In this document: in pieces, positions 13,426 through 25,238 of the stretch
Numbering within the stretch: position 1 is the stretch's first letter
Layout of the letters: every line of letters starts with the position of its first letter
Assembly: GCA_028023455.1 (NCBI GenBank)
Contig: JAQFVV010000003.1
Span: 24,552,001 to 24,616,000, forward strand
DNA from: Epiperipatus broadwayi
Taxonomy: Eukaryota > Animalia > Onychophora
Reading direction: 5' to 3'
DNA: 64,000 nt
The notes under the pieces: model-generated
Database searches by the model: none
What the model was told of the DNA's origin: nothing
What the model saw: the letters and a program-made list of their open reading frames with translations, nothing else
Translations under genes and position numbers: made by a program

Positions 13426-16400
13426 TAATGTGTACAAGATCAGATTGACCTAAGCTAGTATTCATTAAATTATTTTGGAAATAATATACAAGAATGTTTT
13501 AACTTTAACAATGTGTGTATTATTCAGAATATATATTAATAGCTGGTCAATATTTTCAATTATCAACTTGCTGCTGAATTCTATAAATTAAACTCAATCT
13601 TAATCATGCATGCACAGTTTTTTATAGTCTTGAACTATAATGTTGAATTTTCTTATTACAATTCTTTATACTCTTCTTCATTAAACTTTTCACTATAATG
13701 CTTTCTTCATGGTTCACGGATGACTTGTTTTCAATCATTGTACTGCTCTATCTACTCTACTATTGCTCTAGATGGTCAATTTTGTTTTTTGTGACTCAAT
13801 TTTCATAAGTGGTTTTATTATTATCTTTTGGAAATTAGCATATCCAGATTAATTTGGTAATTTGCATAACTTCATTTTCATTATTTCTTCAGTGGCTATT
13901 AATGTCTTTTATATTGGCTTGCTATGCATGCACACGTGTAACTTTATTATTTATACAATTCGGTCAATATATAGCAATATCTCCTTTCATTCTAGAAATA
14001 GGTCCATCAATTGACAAGAAATAATCTGTAATCCTTTAGGCATATGTCTATTTTTGGCAAGTGATAATATTGATTTTTTTTTATTTCCTGCTCAGTTATT
14101 ATTTCTAATTGTTCAGAATGCATTTCCCTCTTAATTCAGTAGGTGTGTATTGACTCAAAAGATTTTTCTTCTATGTCTATTTTAGTATTAGTAGATGCTT
14201 CTGTTTTACTATTCACACTATTTCCTAAAAAATCTTATACACAAGTAGTAACTGAACTTGTAATCTTATTTATTATCTCTATCAACTCAATAAAATATTG
14301 TTTATATGGTTAATTTACCATTTTACTATTCTATCATCTTTCAGTTTGATTTTGCATATTTGCTTAGACAGTAGCCTAATTATAATTCCGGTATCCAATT
14401 TTTCATCAGTATGTTTTTTATTCAGACAGTCTGTCCTATATTGGACATGATACTTTCAATTTTTATTTCCTTCCCTTTAATTTTGTCTGGAATGAACACA
14501 GAAATATGCATTCTTACACAGTGCTTCATTAATAATTGTGATGGGATTTTTTGGGTTTCGGACCTCTGTGAAGTGTTGATAACACATGACTGTTGTTAGC
14601 ACTTCATGAATATCAACATACACCATTCTATTCAATATGCATTTAAGATGTGAATGGTTTTGAAGTGGTATAAAGATATTAAAACATGCTGTATTCCCTT
14701 CTGAATGATAAAAATCCTTTAATTGCACTGAACAAAATTCTGCATCATTATCAGTAACTATAGACTCAGGATACCTGCATGTTGCATAAAGTTTAATACT
14801 TTTACTATATTTTCTGCAGTGGTAATTTTTACCATTCTGTATTTCATCTATTTGAAATACAAATCAGCAACTAAAAGAAATATATATCCATGAAAAGACC
14901 TGCCATGATTTAAATGGAACCTCTTCCATAGATTAGTGGCTTCAGGCCAAGGATTGAAATCTTTACTAGGTAACCTTGATGTTTCTTGACAAGCTTGATA
15001 TTTCTTTACTGTTGCTTCAATGCATTATTTATGTCCAGTTATCAAACATATGAATAGGATAGTTCTTTCATGTATTACTCCAGGTGTTATTTGTGTAGCA
15101 ATTGTAGCATGTTTCTTCCTTCAGTTGGAATTAAACTCAATTTTCATAAGAATACATTTTTGCCATAGACAAACTTTATCAAGCATACCAAATTTGCAAC
15201 AGTACATAGTTTGGTCATACTTTTGGCCATACATGTTTAATACAATCTTTAATTAATTTTAATTAATTGGTATACCATATCACTCCTTGTCCAACTTTGC
15301 TATTTAGTTCTCTTTAGACTTGATTTAATTAGTGGTAAAAATTTGTTCAAGACTTTAAATTTCAGTTTGGCTCTCTTGACACATTTAATGGTTATTCCCA
15401 GAGATCAGAACCAGCTACATTCCAATATAGAGCCAATTAATATTCTTAATTACTACATATAACAGCAAATTTTTTGTGCATTTGTTTATTTTTACTGGTA
15501 CTATCAATATTCCTTTTATATTAATATAATTTTTATTTACATCTATAATACCAAATTTGTCTTTTTAATTTTATCTTATTATTCCTTTTTTACTAATGAC
15601 TATTCTGCTCTTAAGAGATATGATTGATACACTGTCCCATTATCAATTTCCATTTTTGTGATTTGATTACTAATAAATTTGATATATTCTCACTTTTTTT
15701 TATTTCTGTAACATTCACAGCATTCATAACTACTCCTCTTCTCAATTTACTATTTGCAAGTAAATCTGCTTTAGTCATCTGCCATTTCTTTCTACAAACT
15801 TTTGATAAATAAACTGTCTCCACAATTGTGACATATATTTCTTGAATTTACACATTTTTATATTTCCTTCTGCAGCAATAGCAGAAGCTGACTCCTGTTT
15901 AGTATTCTTTTCCATCAGCTGTGCCTTCACTATGTTTATACTTGTGATTGGCTTAACTTCATCTGCTGTATTTTTAAATTCTAGCACATATTCTGCAACA
16001 ATTTCATATGCTAATCCTCATTCAATGATAGCAATATAATTTAGTGTAGACTCACTTAGCAATATTTGTCTAAGTTTCCCATCTCATATGTACCAGTTTA
16101 ATAGCATCTCTTTTAGTAATTTTTAAATATGCATTTCTTCAATAATTCTTTAGTACTCTCATATGTTTTCATTTGATAACTGCATTTTGTTTTGGAAATG
16201 AAGTATCACTATGCATTTTGAAGTGGTTTGAAATATAAATTTAACTTTTGCAGCAATTCATACAGAATATTTTCAGGTATATTTGAATCACAAAGACAAT
16301 TTTCTAGTTACAGCCCATCCTTCCCCAATATCCACAGTAGGATAGAAACATTCAACTTATTATTGGTAATGTTATTAATTATCTAGTATCTTTGAACATG

Positions 16401-17267
16401 ACTAACATATATTGTCAATTGCCCCAGGTTATTTATGTTAAATGGCATTATTGCATTAATTTGCATTGCCATTTTGTATGTCCATGTTAACTCACATTTT
16501 TGACACTGTGCCAGTTGATGTGTAGATAACCAGATTGACCTAAGGCAGCTGTACACTTACTAAAATAATTTGGAAATAATATATAAAAAAGTTTTAAACA
16601 ATGAGTTTATTACTCATAATATATATTAGTAGCTTATTAGAATTTTCATCTAGCGACTTGTCGGCTGAATTTCATAAATTAAAGACAATCCTAATCATGC
16701 ATGCAAAGATCTTCATAGTATTGAACTACAATGCAGCATTGTCTTATTACAGTCCTTTATACTCTTCATTAACTTTTTCACTATAATGTTTTCTTCAGCA
16801 TGTTTCAATGCCCATGGATTATTTGTTCGCAAACACCACACTGTTCACAATGCTCTATCTACTCTACTATTGCTCTAGATTTGCAGTTTTATTTTTGGTA
16901 AATGGTTTTATTATTATCTTTTGTAAATTAACATATCACTAAACATCACATGATCACCATTTCTTATGATTGCTCATAACTGTTATCCTAAGATCCAGGT
17001 GCAGCACTCTCAGATCCAAGGCTCCTCACTGACGAAGGCCACAAGCCTTCTGGCATCCATTGATTACTATGGCTTGCACTGAATGGCATTACTGTATGGA
17101 GAGTTTTGTCTGTTTCAAATTAACATATCCAGCTTAATTTGATAATTTGCATAACTTCACTTATTAAGCATTTTCATTATTTCTAGAGTAACTACTATAT
17201 TGACTTTTATGCACATCCACATACAGAACTTTATTTATTATTTACACAATTTAATCAATATGCAGCA
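13426..17267 (-). mobile_element. Gypsy/Ty3 LTR retrotransposon with both LTRs, internally deleted
   Basis: Diverged direct repeats at about 13426-13976 and 16516-17267. PBS-like TGGCACAGTG next to the 5' LTR and a purine tract GAATGAAAGGAG before the 3' LTR. Gag remnants (LRQILLSES, CHNCGD) at 15800-16330, RT start near 15300 and integrase (PWPEATNLWKRFH) near 14930. Confidence 0.85.
16938..17116 (+). mobile_element. HHR-family element copy 1 (179 bp, internally deleted), inserted in the Gypsy LTR
   Basis: 13-bp TSD AAATTAACATATC at 16925-16937 and 17117-17129. The sister LTR has a single AAATTAGCATATC near 13832. It keeps TCCTCA-CTGACGA-AGGCCACAAGCC but lacks the GAAAC half. Confidence 0.9.
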
Positions 17268-19341
17268 CATAACATAATTTTTTTAAAATCTATCTCCAAT
17301 TAATATATAGTGCTAATTTTAAATATGACTCAGCAAAATTTAAATACAATTATAAAAAAAATTAACTTTTAATAGTAATTTTTATATCACAGTAAATTTA
17401 CAATTCTTATATATTTTTTGTGAGTAGTCACATGGTGCAATAATGCATTTGCAGGATATACCAAATGAGAAAAGTTTGAATATAGAATGGGTGAACTTAA
17501 TTTTTTTTGGTTGTAATCAGTCCATATCTAACAATTTAATTTTGGTCAGTAAATACTTACTTTCTGCTCTTAAATATGAAACAAAAATAGGAAAATGTGT
17601 AAATCCTCACCAGTTAATATTTGAAAAGTCTGAAGAGCATTTTTTTCTCTTTCACTCTTCCTCTTTGAGGGGCTGTAGTAGAAACCTTTGCTATCCCAAT
17701 ATTATATCATTTATGTATTTCTACATAATGGTTGATTCACAGTCACAACTATATCACTTATCATTGGTTATGGCTGGTTGAATATCCCACAATTCAATCT
17801 GAAATCTCACGCTCAGAGATTCAACATAAATTTTACTGAACTCTGTTGTATGAAATTTCATCATTAAAATAAATTTTCTGGAATTATCATAACTTATGGT
17901 TTTGCTTAATCCTATTTTTAGTTAGTTACAACTTATTAATACTGGAAAGGGTAATCCTCCATATTTATTTAAGATAATATTTCTTATTATACTCATAGAA
18001 ATTATGCATGGCTAATTCTTGAAAAAAATTGCATGTAGATCTGAACCTTAATTTTCCAATTAAGGTTATTGTAAATATAAATTTTTTACTATAGCAATTT
18101 TAATCAAAATATTTCAAAATTTTCAGTTTTGATACAACTAGTATCCATTGTCACTATTTATCAGAATAAATAAAAGATATTAAATTCAAAATGTTCAAAA
18201 AAAAATGATGTGATTTAAAATAACTTCTTAAGAGATGAAATCAGACATTTCTATGCATAAGTCATATGCTTAAAAATCTCTTAAATCTTTTTATACTATC
18301 ATATTCCCATCAACTTTCTCCCCTCCTTTTGATTTACCATAATCATAAACCACATGGAAAAATGTGTGTCAGCAAACCTTTAAACTCTAAAATTTTCTTT
18401 GCATTTTTAGAGAATTATAATCAATACATTTATAAAAACAAAAATGAAATAAGATACTAAAAATATTTTTTTAAAATAAGAAAACATTTTTAGATTGTTT
18501 ATATTTAATGGAAACCATTTCAAAATAGATTTATATCAGCAACAGGATACAGTCTATGCACAGAAACTTTGATTATCAAAGCATATATATATATTATAAG
18601 GCATAGTATTTTATATAATAATTAGTGTGATTAATTTAATCTGATTAATTTTATCGTGAAATTTCTGCTGCAGAAAAGTTATGTATTAAATGTAATACTA
18701 TAATGTATATTCGGACAAAAATACAAATTCCCACTATAATGAATTTTTGATGCTAGCACACTTGTCAAAAGCAATACTTATATATATATTTAAAAAAAGA
18801 AATAATATATCTGTTGCCTTTGACAAAAGTGTATAATACTGAAAATGTATTAAGGTCGTGTGTTATTATTTTTGATGTTTTGTTTGAATATATATTATTA
18901 ATATTGCTTATTATGATAGAGCAATTGTTTAGAAAATAATGAGCATAGGCAAATCAGTTCTTTGAATTCAGAAAAAGGTGGTTCCAGAAAGTATAGCTGT
19001 TTTATTTTCAAAACAAAGATGTTTTGTACTAGACAATATTAACTTGATGATTAGCCCAGATAAATAAGTCTGAATTATTATTGCTAGATAAATGCAATCA
19101 TTTTATTAGTATTTCTGAGATTACATAATCTAGCTGGGTTAATCAATGATAATGATGATTCTGGCAATGATTTAGTTATTGACCAATATTGTGCTGGATG
19201 AATAAAATTTCAGTTGTGATCATTTGGTGATCTTATTTAGCAGTTGGTCATCTAGTATACAATGATTGCCAAATGTATGTTATGATCATTAAATGGCCAC
19301 CTGCATCAATATGACTGGGTTCATTGTTCCATTATTGTTTC

Positions 19342-19633
19342 ATATATATAATGTTTGAGATTAAGACTCATGCCATGATACAATAAATATTTTGAATACT
19401 TTTTAATCTAGCATAAGACAATAGCTAACAAGAAAAAAGGAAACATCCTTTCTTTTTGATTAGACAGGATTCCATATTAATAAATAAGGGACAAGAAAGT
19501 ATGGCTGCTCTTTTCTTGTTAATTAGTGTCTTATGTTCTTTTCTTGTTAATTATTGTCTTATGCTAGATTAGAGAGTATTTAAAATTTTAACTGTACAGT
19601 GCCATGAGTCTTAATCTCGAATATTATATATAT
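19342..19633. repeat. Fold-back MITE-like element (about 100-bp arms, TA-rich ends)
   Basis: GAGATTAAGACTCATG...TAATCTAGCATAAGACAATA..AACAAGAAAA at 19357-19437 is reverse-complemented at about 19530-19620. Confidence 0.7.
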
Positions 19634-20199
19634 CAAAGCATTGGAGGTAATCTATGATATATATTTTATTTAATATTGATATGTACTGACTAGTTTGTGT
19701 TTATTTAATAAAATTATATATAGATAATGTTGGTGTGCTGACAGTATAAGCAGGGTTGTGTCAGTTTAGAAATAATAATATGGAAAAAAGTAGAATTAAG
19801 CAAACTGCAATTAATCAACATATTCTAATTTGCATATCAATAATTGTACAACAATATACACATTAACATAGTTGTTAAAAATGCCTGTATAACTTCTAAT
19901 TGAGAAGGAAGAAATCCGATTACTGATACTAGTAGATCAGAGTGAAAACAGTTTAATGTGAGCAGTGTAGAAAGTGCAGTTGTAGATCAGATGCTCAGAA
20001 AAAAAGAAATCCAATTAAACTCATTAAAGATGCAAGTGAGCAGTAAGTGAAAACTAATGTAGAAACTTATGGAACTAAGATGATAAATTCTGAATAAAGT
20101 GAATAAATATTAAAAAAAAAAAGGATTTTTAATAAAGTGTCGAAGTAAAGTTTAAATCTATATAATAAAAATTTTGATGTGTTTCATTTAAATTATAAT

Positions 20200-20263
20200 T
20201 AATGAATGTATGGCTGCCTAGATTGTGGTCTGGCTCCAAAAACATCAAGTGGCACATTTTCAG

Positions 20264-20294
<31 letters not shown>

Positions 20295-22800
20295 CACTTA
20301 ATAGAAGAGCAATACAGAGACTTCAGACCACTCAAAGGAGTATGGAGAGATGTATGTTGGGAGTAACGAGAAGAGATCGAAAACGCAATGTATGGGTAAG
20401 ACAACAAACAGGTGTTACTGACCTTATTGAAAAAACTAAAAGATTGAAATGGAGTTGGGCTGGACATATTGCTAGAAGAGATGATAATAGATGGACAATT
20501 GAAATTTTAAACAGGATTCCAAGAGATTGTAAAAGATCCAGAAAGAGACCACATGTGAGATGGATGGTTGAAATAAGAAAATGTGCAGGGGTGTTGTGGA
20601 GAAGAGAAGCTAAAGATCGGAGAAGATGGATTAAACTTTGGAGAGACCTTCATCCTGCAGTGGATTGATAATGGTTGATGATGATGATATATATATATAT
20701 ATAAATGCAGAATAGCTTGATAACATCTTTCAATGTGACAGTGACAAATATATGTAACTTGAAACAATGGTAGATATATGTCAATTATGTAGAAAAATAT
20801 GTGATAATAAGTGTATTACTGAAGTAACACTGAAATTTGCCACCCTACTATGGATATCAGGACAGGATGTCCTGCAATTGAAAAACTGTTTATGTAATCT
20901 CAAGCCATCAGAGGAAAGCCTATATGAGAAAGTGTTAAGACAATTAAATATGTATTTCAAGCCAAAAACATCAAAATATATAGCATGACTTCATTTTTAT
21001 AGTAAAAATGTAATTACAAGATGAAAGTATACACAAGTATAATTTAGCATTACAAAATTAGAAAAAGAATATAAGTTTAGAGATTGTATAGAAGACATGC
21101 TATTAGTTCAGTTATTGTGGGGCATGAGAAATATGAAGTTTAGGCACTATTTGCATACAAATAGGCACTTATTCATATCAATGAGAAATTTAAAATAACT
21201 TTGACAACAGATGCACCAGAATATGGAATCAGAGCATTCATAGCCCACAAATTTAATGAAAGTAAGAGGGCTATAGCATATCCATTGAGATCTTTGTCAA
21301 AAACTGAAAGAAAGTATAGTTAACTAGATAAAAAAAGTAATCATTATGATATTTGATGTAAAAAGATTTACCAGTACATATATGGAAAACAATTTAATTT
21401 TGTCTAGTTTCATAAGCCTTTACTGGATATATTTCAAAAATAGAACTGATATTTAATCATCTCACCTATTGATGATATATTTGCATAACATTCTAGTTGC
21501 CTATGATAATAAATTGTTACCTAAAGGGAAAACAAATAATACATATCAATGCATTATAACATATCCCAGATAAAGATGAATTGCATAATGAAATCTATAA
21601 GATCAATTATAATGATACTATAGAAAGTCGGTTAAGCAGAAGATAACCTTGTAAATAGTCTAACTTTCTAACATTATTTTTGAATGTAAGGAAGCAATAA
21701 TCAGTGTCAAAAACAGTATGTTGGTGGGTGCTAAAGTACTTGTACTATCCCTGGGAAGATATAAATTATGGAAATTACTTGACAAAAGACATACTGATAT
21801 TGTTTGAGCCAAAGTTTTATCTAGATGTTTTGTTTGATGGCCAAAATTGAATGCAGATATTGAAGACTATACAAAAAAATGTGTGTTATGCCAACAAATA
21901 GCATTGTATCAAAAAAAGAGTACATTAAATGGCTTGAGACTGTGAGACCATGACAGAGAATATAAGTAGATAATAGCTGGCCCATATAAAGGACATCAGG
22001 TAATAATGAAAAATAGCACCTCAGAAGAAATTATAAAAGGCTCTCCATGAAATACTATTTTTATTATAGAATTTCAGAAGTCTAAGATAATGAAATTACT
22101 TTCATTTTAAAAAAGTTTGAGGAAACTCTATAAGAATGATCTGTGACACTCATTTCTTGTACTGCCTGTCATCCTGAGTCAAGGAGATTAGCTGAAAAGG
22201 CTATATGATAATTAAAATTGAAAACATTAACACTTATATTGCTATTACACATGCCACTGTTTTATCACTTTCAGTCTTTTCTGGAAAGACTCCAGATGAA
22301 TTATTAATGAGAAAAAGAATTAGATCTAAATTGAACTTTTTGCTATCAAATGCTAAATACCAAAGCAGTAGTAGCATACATGAAGCTAAATATAAAAATA
22401 ATGATAAGATTTGGGTTTATGTTAGTTTAAGAAAAATCTAGTTAAGGAAAAAATAACTGTGATTTCCAACAACATTGTAAAAGTAAAGACAGAAAATAAT
22501 GCAGCCATATAAATCACATCCATCAAAATAAAGTTCTGTAAGGAGAAAACTATAGAACCCAAAAAAGAAGAAAACACTAAATTAATACTGGTGAATTTCA
22601 AGAAAAATCAGAAAAATCTCAAAAAACTAGAGAAGCATAAGAAGAAGAAAAAAACACAAAGTATTTGAAAGAATATCTGTAGTTCAAATCAATGTAAAAA
22701 CACCAGTACTTCTGGAGTAGAAGGGAGATAATGCTACATATGAAAAAAAAAAGTGAAGAAAAAAAAGACCAGTTTAAATTCATTATGAAAAATAATAAAA
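20200..22800 (+). mobile_element. Decayed Gypsy/Ty3 element 2 (gag, RNase H, integrase remnants)
   Basis: Gag KPSEESLYEKVLRQLNMYFKPKTS (20767-20988) and RNase H TTDAPEYGI...SLSKTERKYS...HKPLLDIF (21200-21430). Integrase remnants run to about 22440 (GKTPDELLMRKRIRSKLNFL). The PPT/LTR start GAAGGGAGATAATGCTACAT (22720-22740) resembles element 1. Confidence 0.85.
20290..20690 (+). mobile_element. RTE-clade LINE 3' fragment in a (TA)n tract, nested in Gypsy element 2
   Basis: QRSMERCMLGVTRRDRKRNVWVRQQTGV...KWSWAGHIARRDDNRWT...RPHVRW is the typical RTE C-terminus. It has a (GAT)n tail and (TA)n on both sides. Confidence 0.9.
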
Positions 22801-23029
22801 ATTAATTTAAACATAAATAAACTAATAATATGAAGACGGTCTTAATGTACTAAAAATAGATTTTGGATAAAAACTGTAACATTAGATTAATTAAGGAGAA
22901 AGATAATTTCCCTCTCTGCAAACAAAGATTAATATTAAATGATAATTAGATTGAAAAATACAATAGTTACTCTAGAAGCAAAATATTCACTAATTAAGTA
23001 TGCTAATATAAAAAATGAGAACAGAAATT

Positions 23030-23890
23030 TTTAGGTGATTTCAATTCTGAAGAATATCCAAATTAGGTATTATCTAATGAGTAATATTTCTGTAGAGTAA
23101 TTTTCACTTCACCACTCATTTGATTTTAACACCTTACAGAGACATGTAGATGTATGATGCCCAAGATGTACATTTTGTGCTAAACTTGCACTCATCAGTT
23201 GGCTCATATCACACTCTTTCACATATCTTTATCATTGTTCAGTATATATGGATAACCAATTACTACAATTTAATCAATGTGTCAAACTTAATGCTCTCAC
23301 AACTTTGACACAAACCATTTGATGGAAGTATATTAATAATTTTTTTAGTCATTCATTAGACTAGAGATATCCACTTAATGAATAATATTTCTGTAGTATA
23401 ATTTTTAATAAACACGACTTTCATGCAAGGTATGAACTCGTTTTTATCTGCTTTTAACATTTTGTGGAGGGTATAATCAAACCCGTTCCTGCCTTGCATG
23501 GGAGTAGTGTAGTGAAAATTACACTATAGAAATATTCTTTATTAAATGGATAATCTCTATTCTAATGAATGAATAATAAAAATTTATTAATATACTTCCA
23601 TCAGTTGTGAGGGTAAGAAATTTGACACATTACTGAAAAATGATAAAGATATGTGTAAGATATTGTGATCTGGGGCAATTTATGAGGACTGGTTCAGCAC
23701 AAAATCTGTCTTGGGCACCATACATCTTTTTATTATGTCTTTGATCATATGTTTATGACTATGTCCCTCCACAAGATGTTAAAAGTGGATAGAAACCCAT
23801 CTCTGTCTTGGGTAAGAATAGTGTAGTGAAAATTACATTACAAAAATATTATTAAGTGGATAATCTCTAATCTTTATTAATATACAAGCC
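23030..23890. repeat. Mosaic inverted/direct repeat element with two opposed HHR motifs (second family)
   Basis: 23145-23400 is inverted at about 23505-23727, with further partial copies at 23050-23110 and 23760-23885. Each arm carries an HHR-like core. Confidence 0.75.
23159..23203 (-). ncRNA. Type I hammerhead ribozyme motif, ATGTACAT palindromic helix III
   Basis: GCCAA-CTGATGA-GTGC-AAGTTTA-GCAC-AAAA-TGTACA-TC-TTGGGC. Helices I and II pair and CUGAUGA is intact. GAAA reads AAAA, consistent with CpG decay. Confidence 0.7.
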
Positions 23891-24674
23891 TGAAGAATAA
23901 ATCCATAGCTAGGGACTTTTTGCACTTTATATTTGATTTTTATTATCATTTTATGTGCTATATGTTTTTATATTCTGAATATTTGTTTGCTAATAATTAA
24001 AATAATAGAATTTATTTTATTTCAAATTGTTTACTTAACTTGTTAAGGTTAATTATAAAAAATAAGTTCTCATATATGTAGCTGTAATTTCTAACACTTT
24101 ACTTCTTTGAAGTGAGATAAAAAAAATTCTCTATCAATAATCACTTATTTTTTCTCTGACCATAAATATAATATTCGCTAGCACAAATCAGCTTTATTTG
24201 TTTTGAAAGTAAGAATGCTTCTATACGTTTTTCTGGATTTAAAAAAAAGTATATGTTTATTCTTATTATTCCTAAAATATTAATTTTCATCTATTAAGCT
24301 GTCTATGGACTAATACAACTTTGGAGCATTTTGAACTTTTTCTAGCTCTCTTTTTCATATTAGGTGGCTCACAATCACATGCAATCAGATTAAGAATTGA
24401 ATAAAGAATAAACATAATTAATGCTTCTAATTGAAAAATAATTTAAATAATTAATTATGGAAATAACAAATAAGAAAACAATCTCTTCAGAGATATATCC
24501 ACATATTCCCTCAAAGGTATTCATCAATTATCTACAAATAGTTTATGTAATATCTTTCTAAAATAAAAAAATATCTGATTTAGTATCTCATAACTAAAAA
24601 TATACATATAAACAATATTATACAAATAAAAATTAAAATCTTAGAAGAGCAAAAACCCAATAATAAAAAGTTTA

Positions 24675-25238
24675 TTAAACAGGCAAAACTCTCCATACAG
24701 TAGTGCCACCATGTGCCAACCAGAGTGGCACTACTGTATGGAGAGTTTTGCCTGTTGAATAACAGTTATGTGCTAGCATAAGAGATGGTGATCATGTGAT
24801 GTTTAATGATTTAACACCAATCCTGCCTAATAGGATAATGGTGGTTATGGTTGTTAAAGAGCCAAAGACACCAAAATGTATGGGTGCTGAATAAGTTAAG
24901 AACCAAATGACTATATAAGCTATTGAGCTTAGATTGAAAATATTATTGTGTAATTTCATTTCATAGTTTTGTAGTTAAGTAAAGATAAAAGGTGGCCATT
25001 AGATCCTAAGATCTAGGTGCAGTGCTCTCAGATCCAAGGCTCCTCACTGGCGAAGGCCACAAGCCAGAAACTAGTCTGGGGATATTGGATGAATAGGCAC
25101 TAGGTGGGGATTTTATGCATAAGCATTCTGGCATCCATCGATTACTCTGGTTGGCACAGGGTGGCTTTACTGTATGGAGAGTTTTGCATGTTTAAATAAC
25201 AGTTATGTGCTAACATAAGAGATAGTGATTATGTGGTT
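24675..25238 (+). mobile_element. HHR-family element copy 2 (partial tandem plus mini-hairpin)
   Basis: Perfect 14-bp TSD TAATAAAAAGTTTA at 24661-24674 and 25239-25252. Shares the arm, tail and HHR with copies 1, 3 and 4. Confidence 0.9.
25041..25082 (+). ncRNA. Type I hammerhead ribozyme motif, ACTAGT palindromic helix III
   Basis: TCCTCA-CTGGCGA-AGGCCACAAGCCA-GAAAC-TA-GTC-TGGGGA, with a 6-bp helix I, GGC/GCC helix II and GUC triplet. One core change: CTGG instead of CTGA. Confidence 0.75.
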
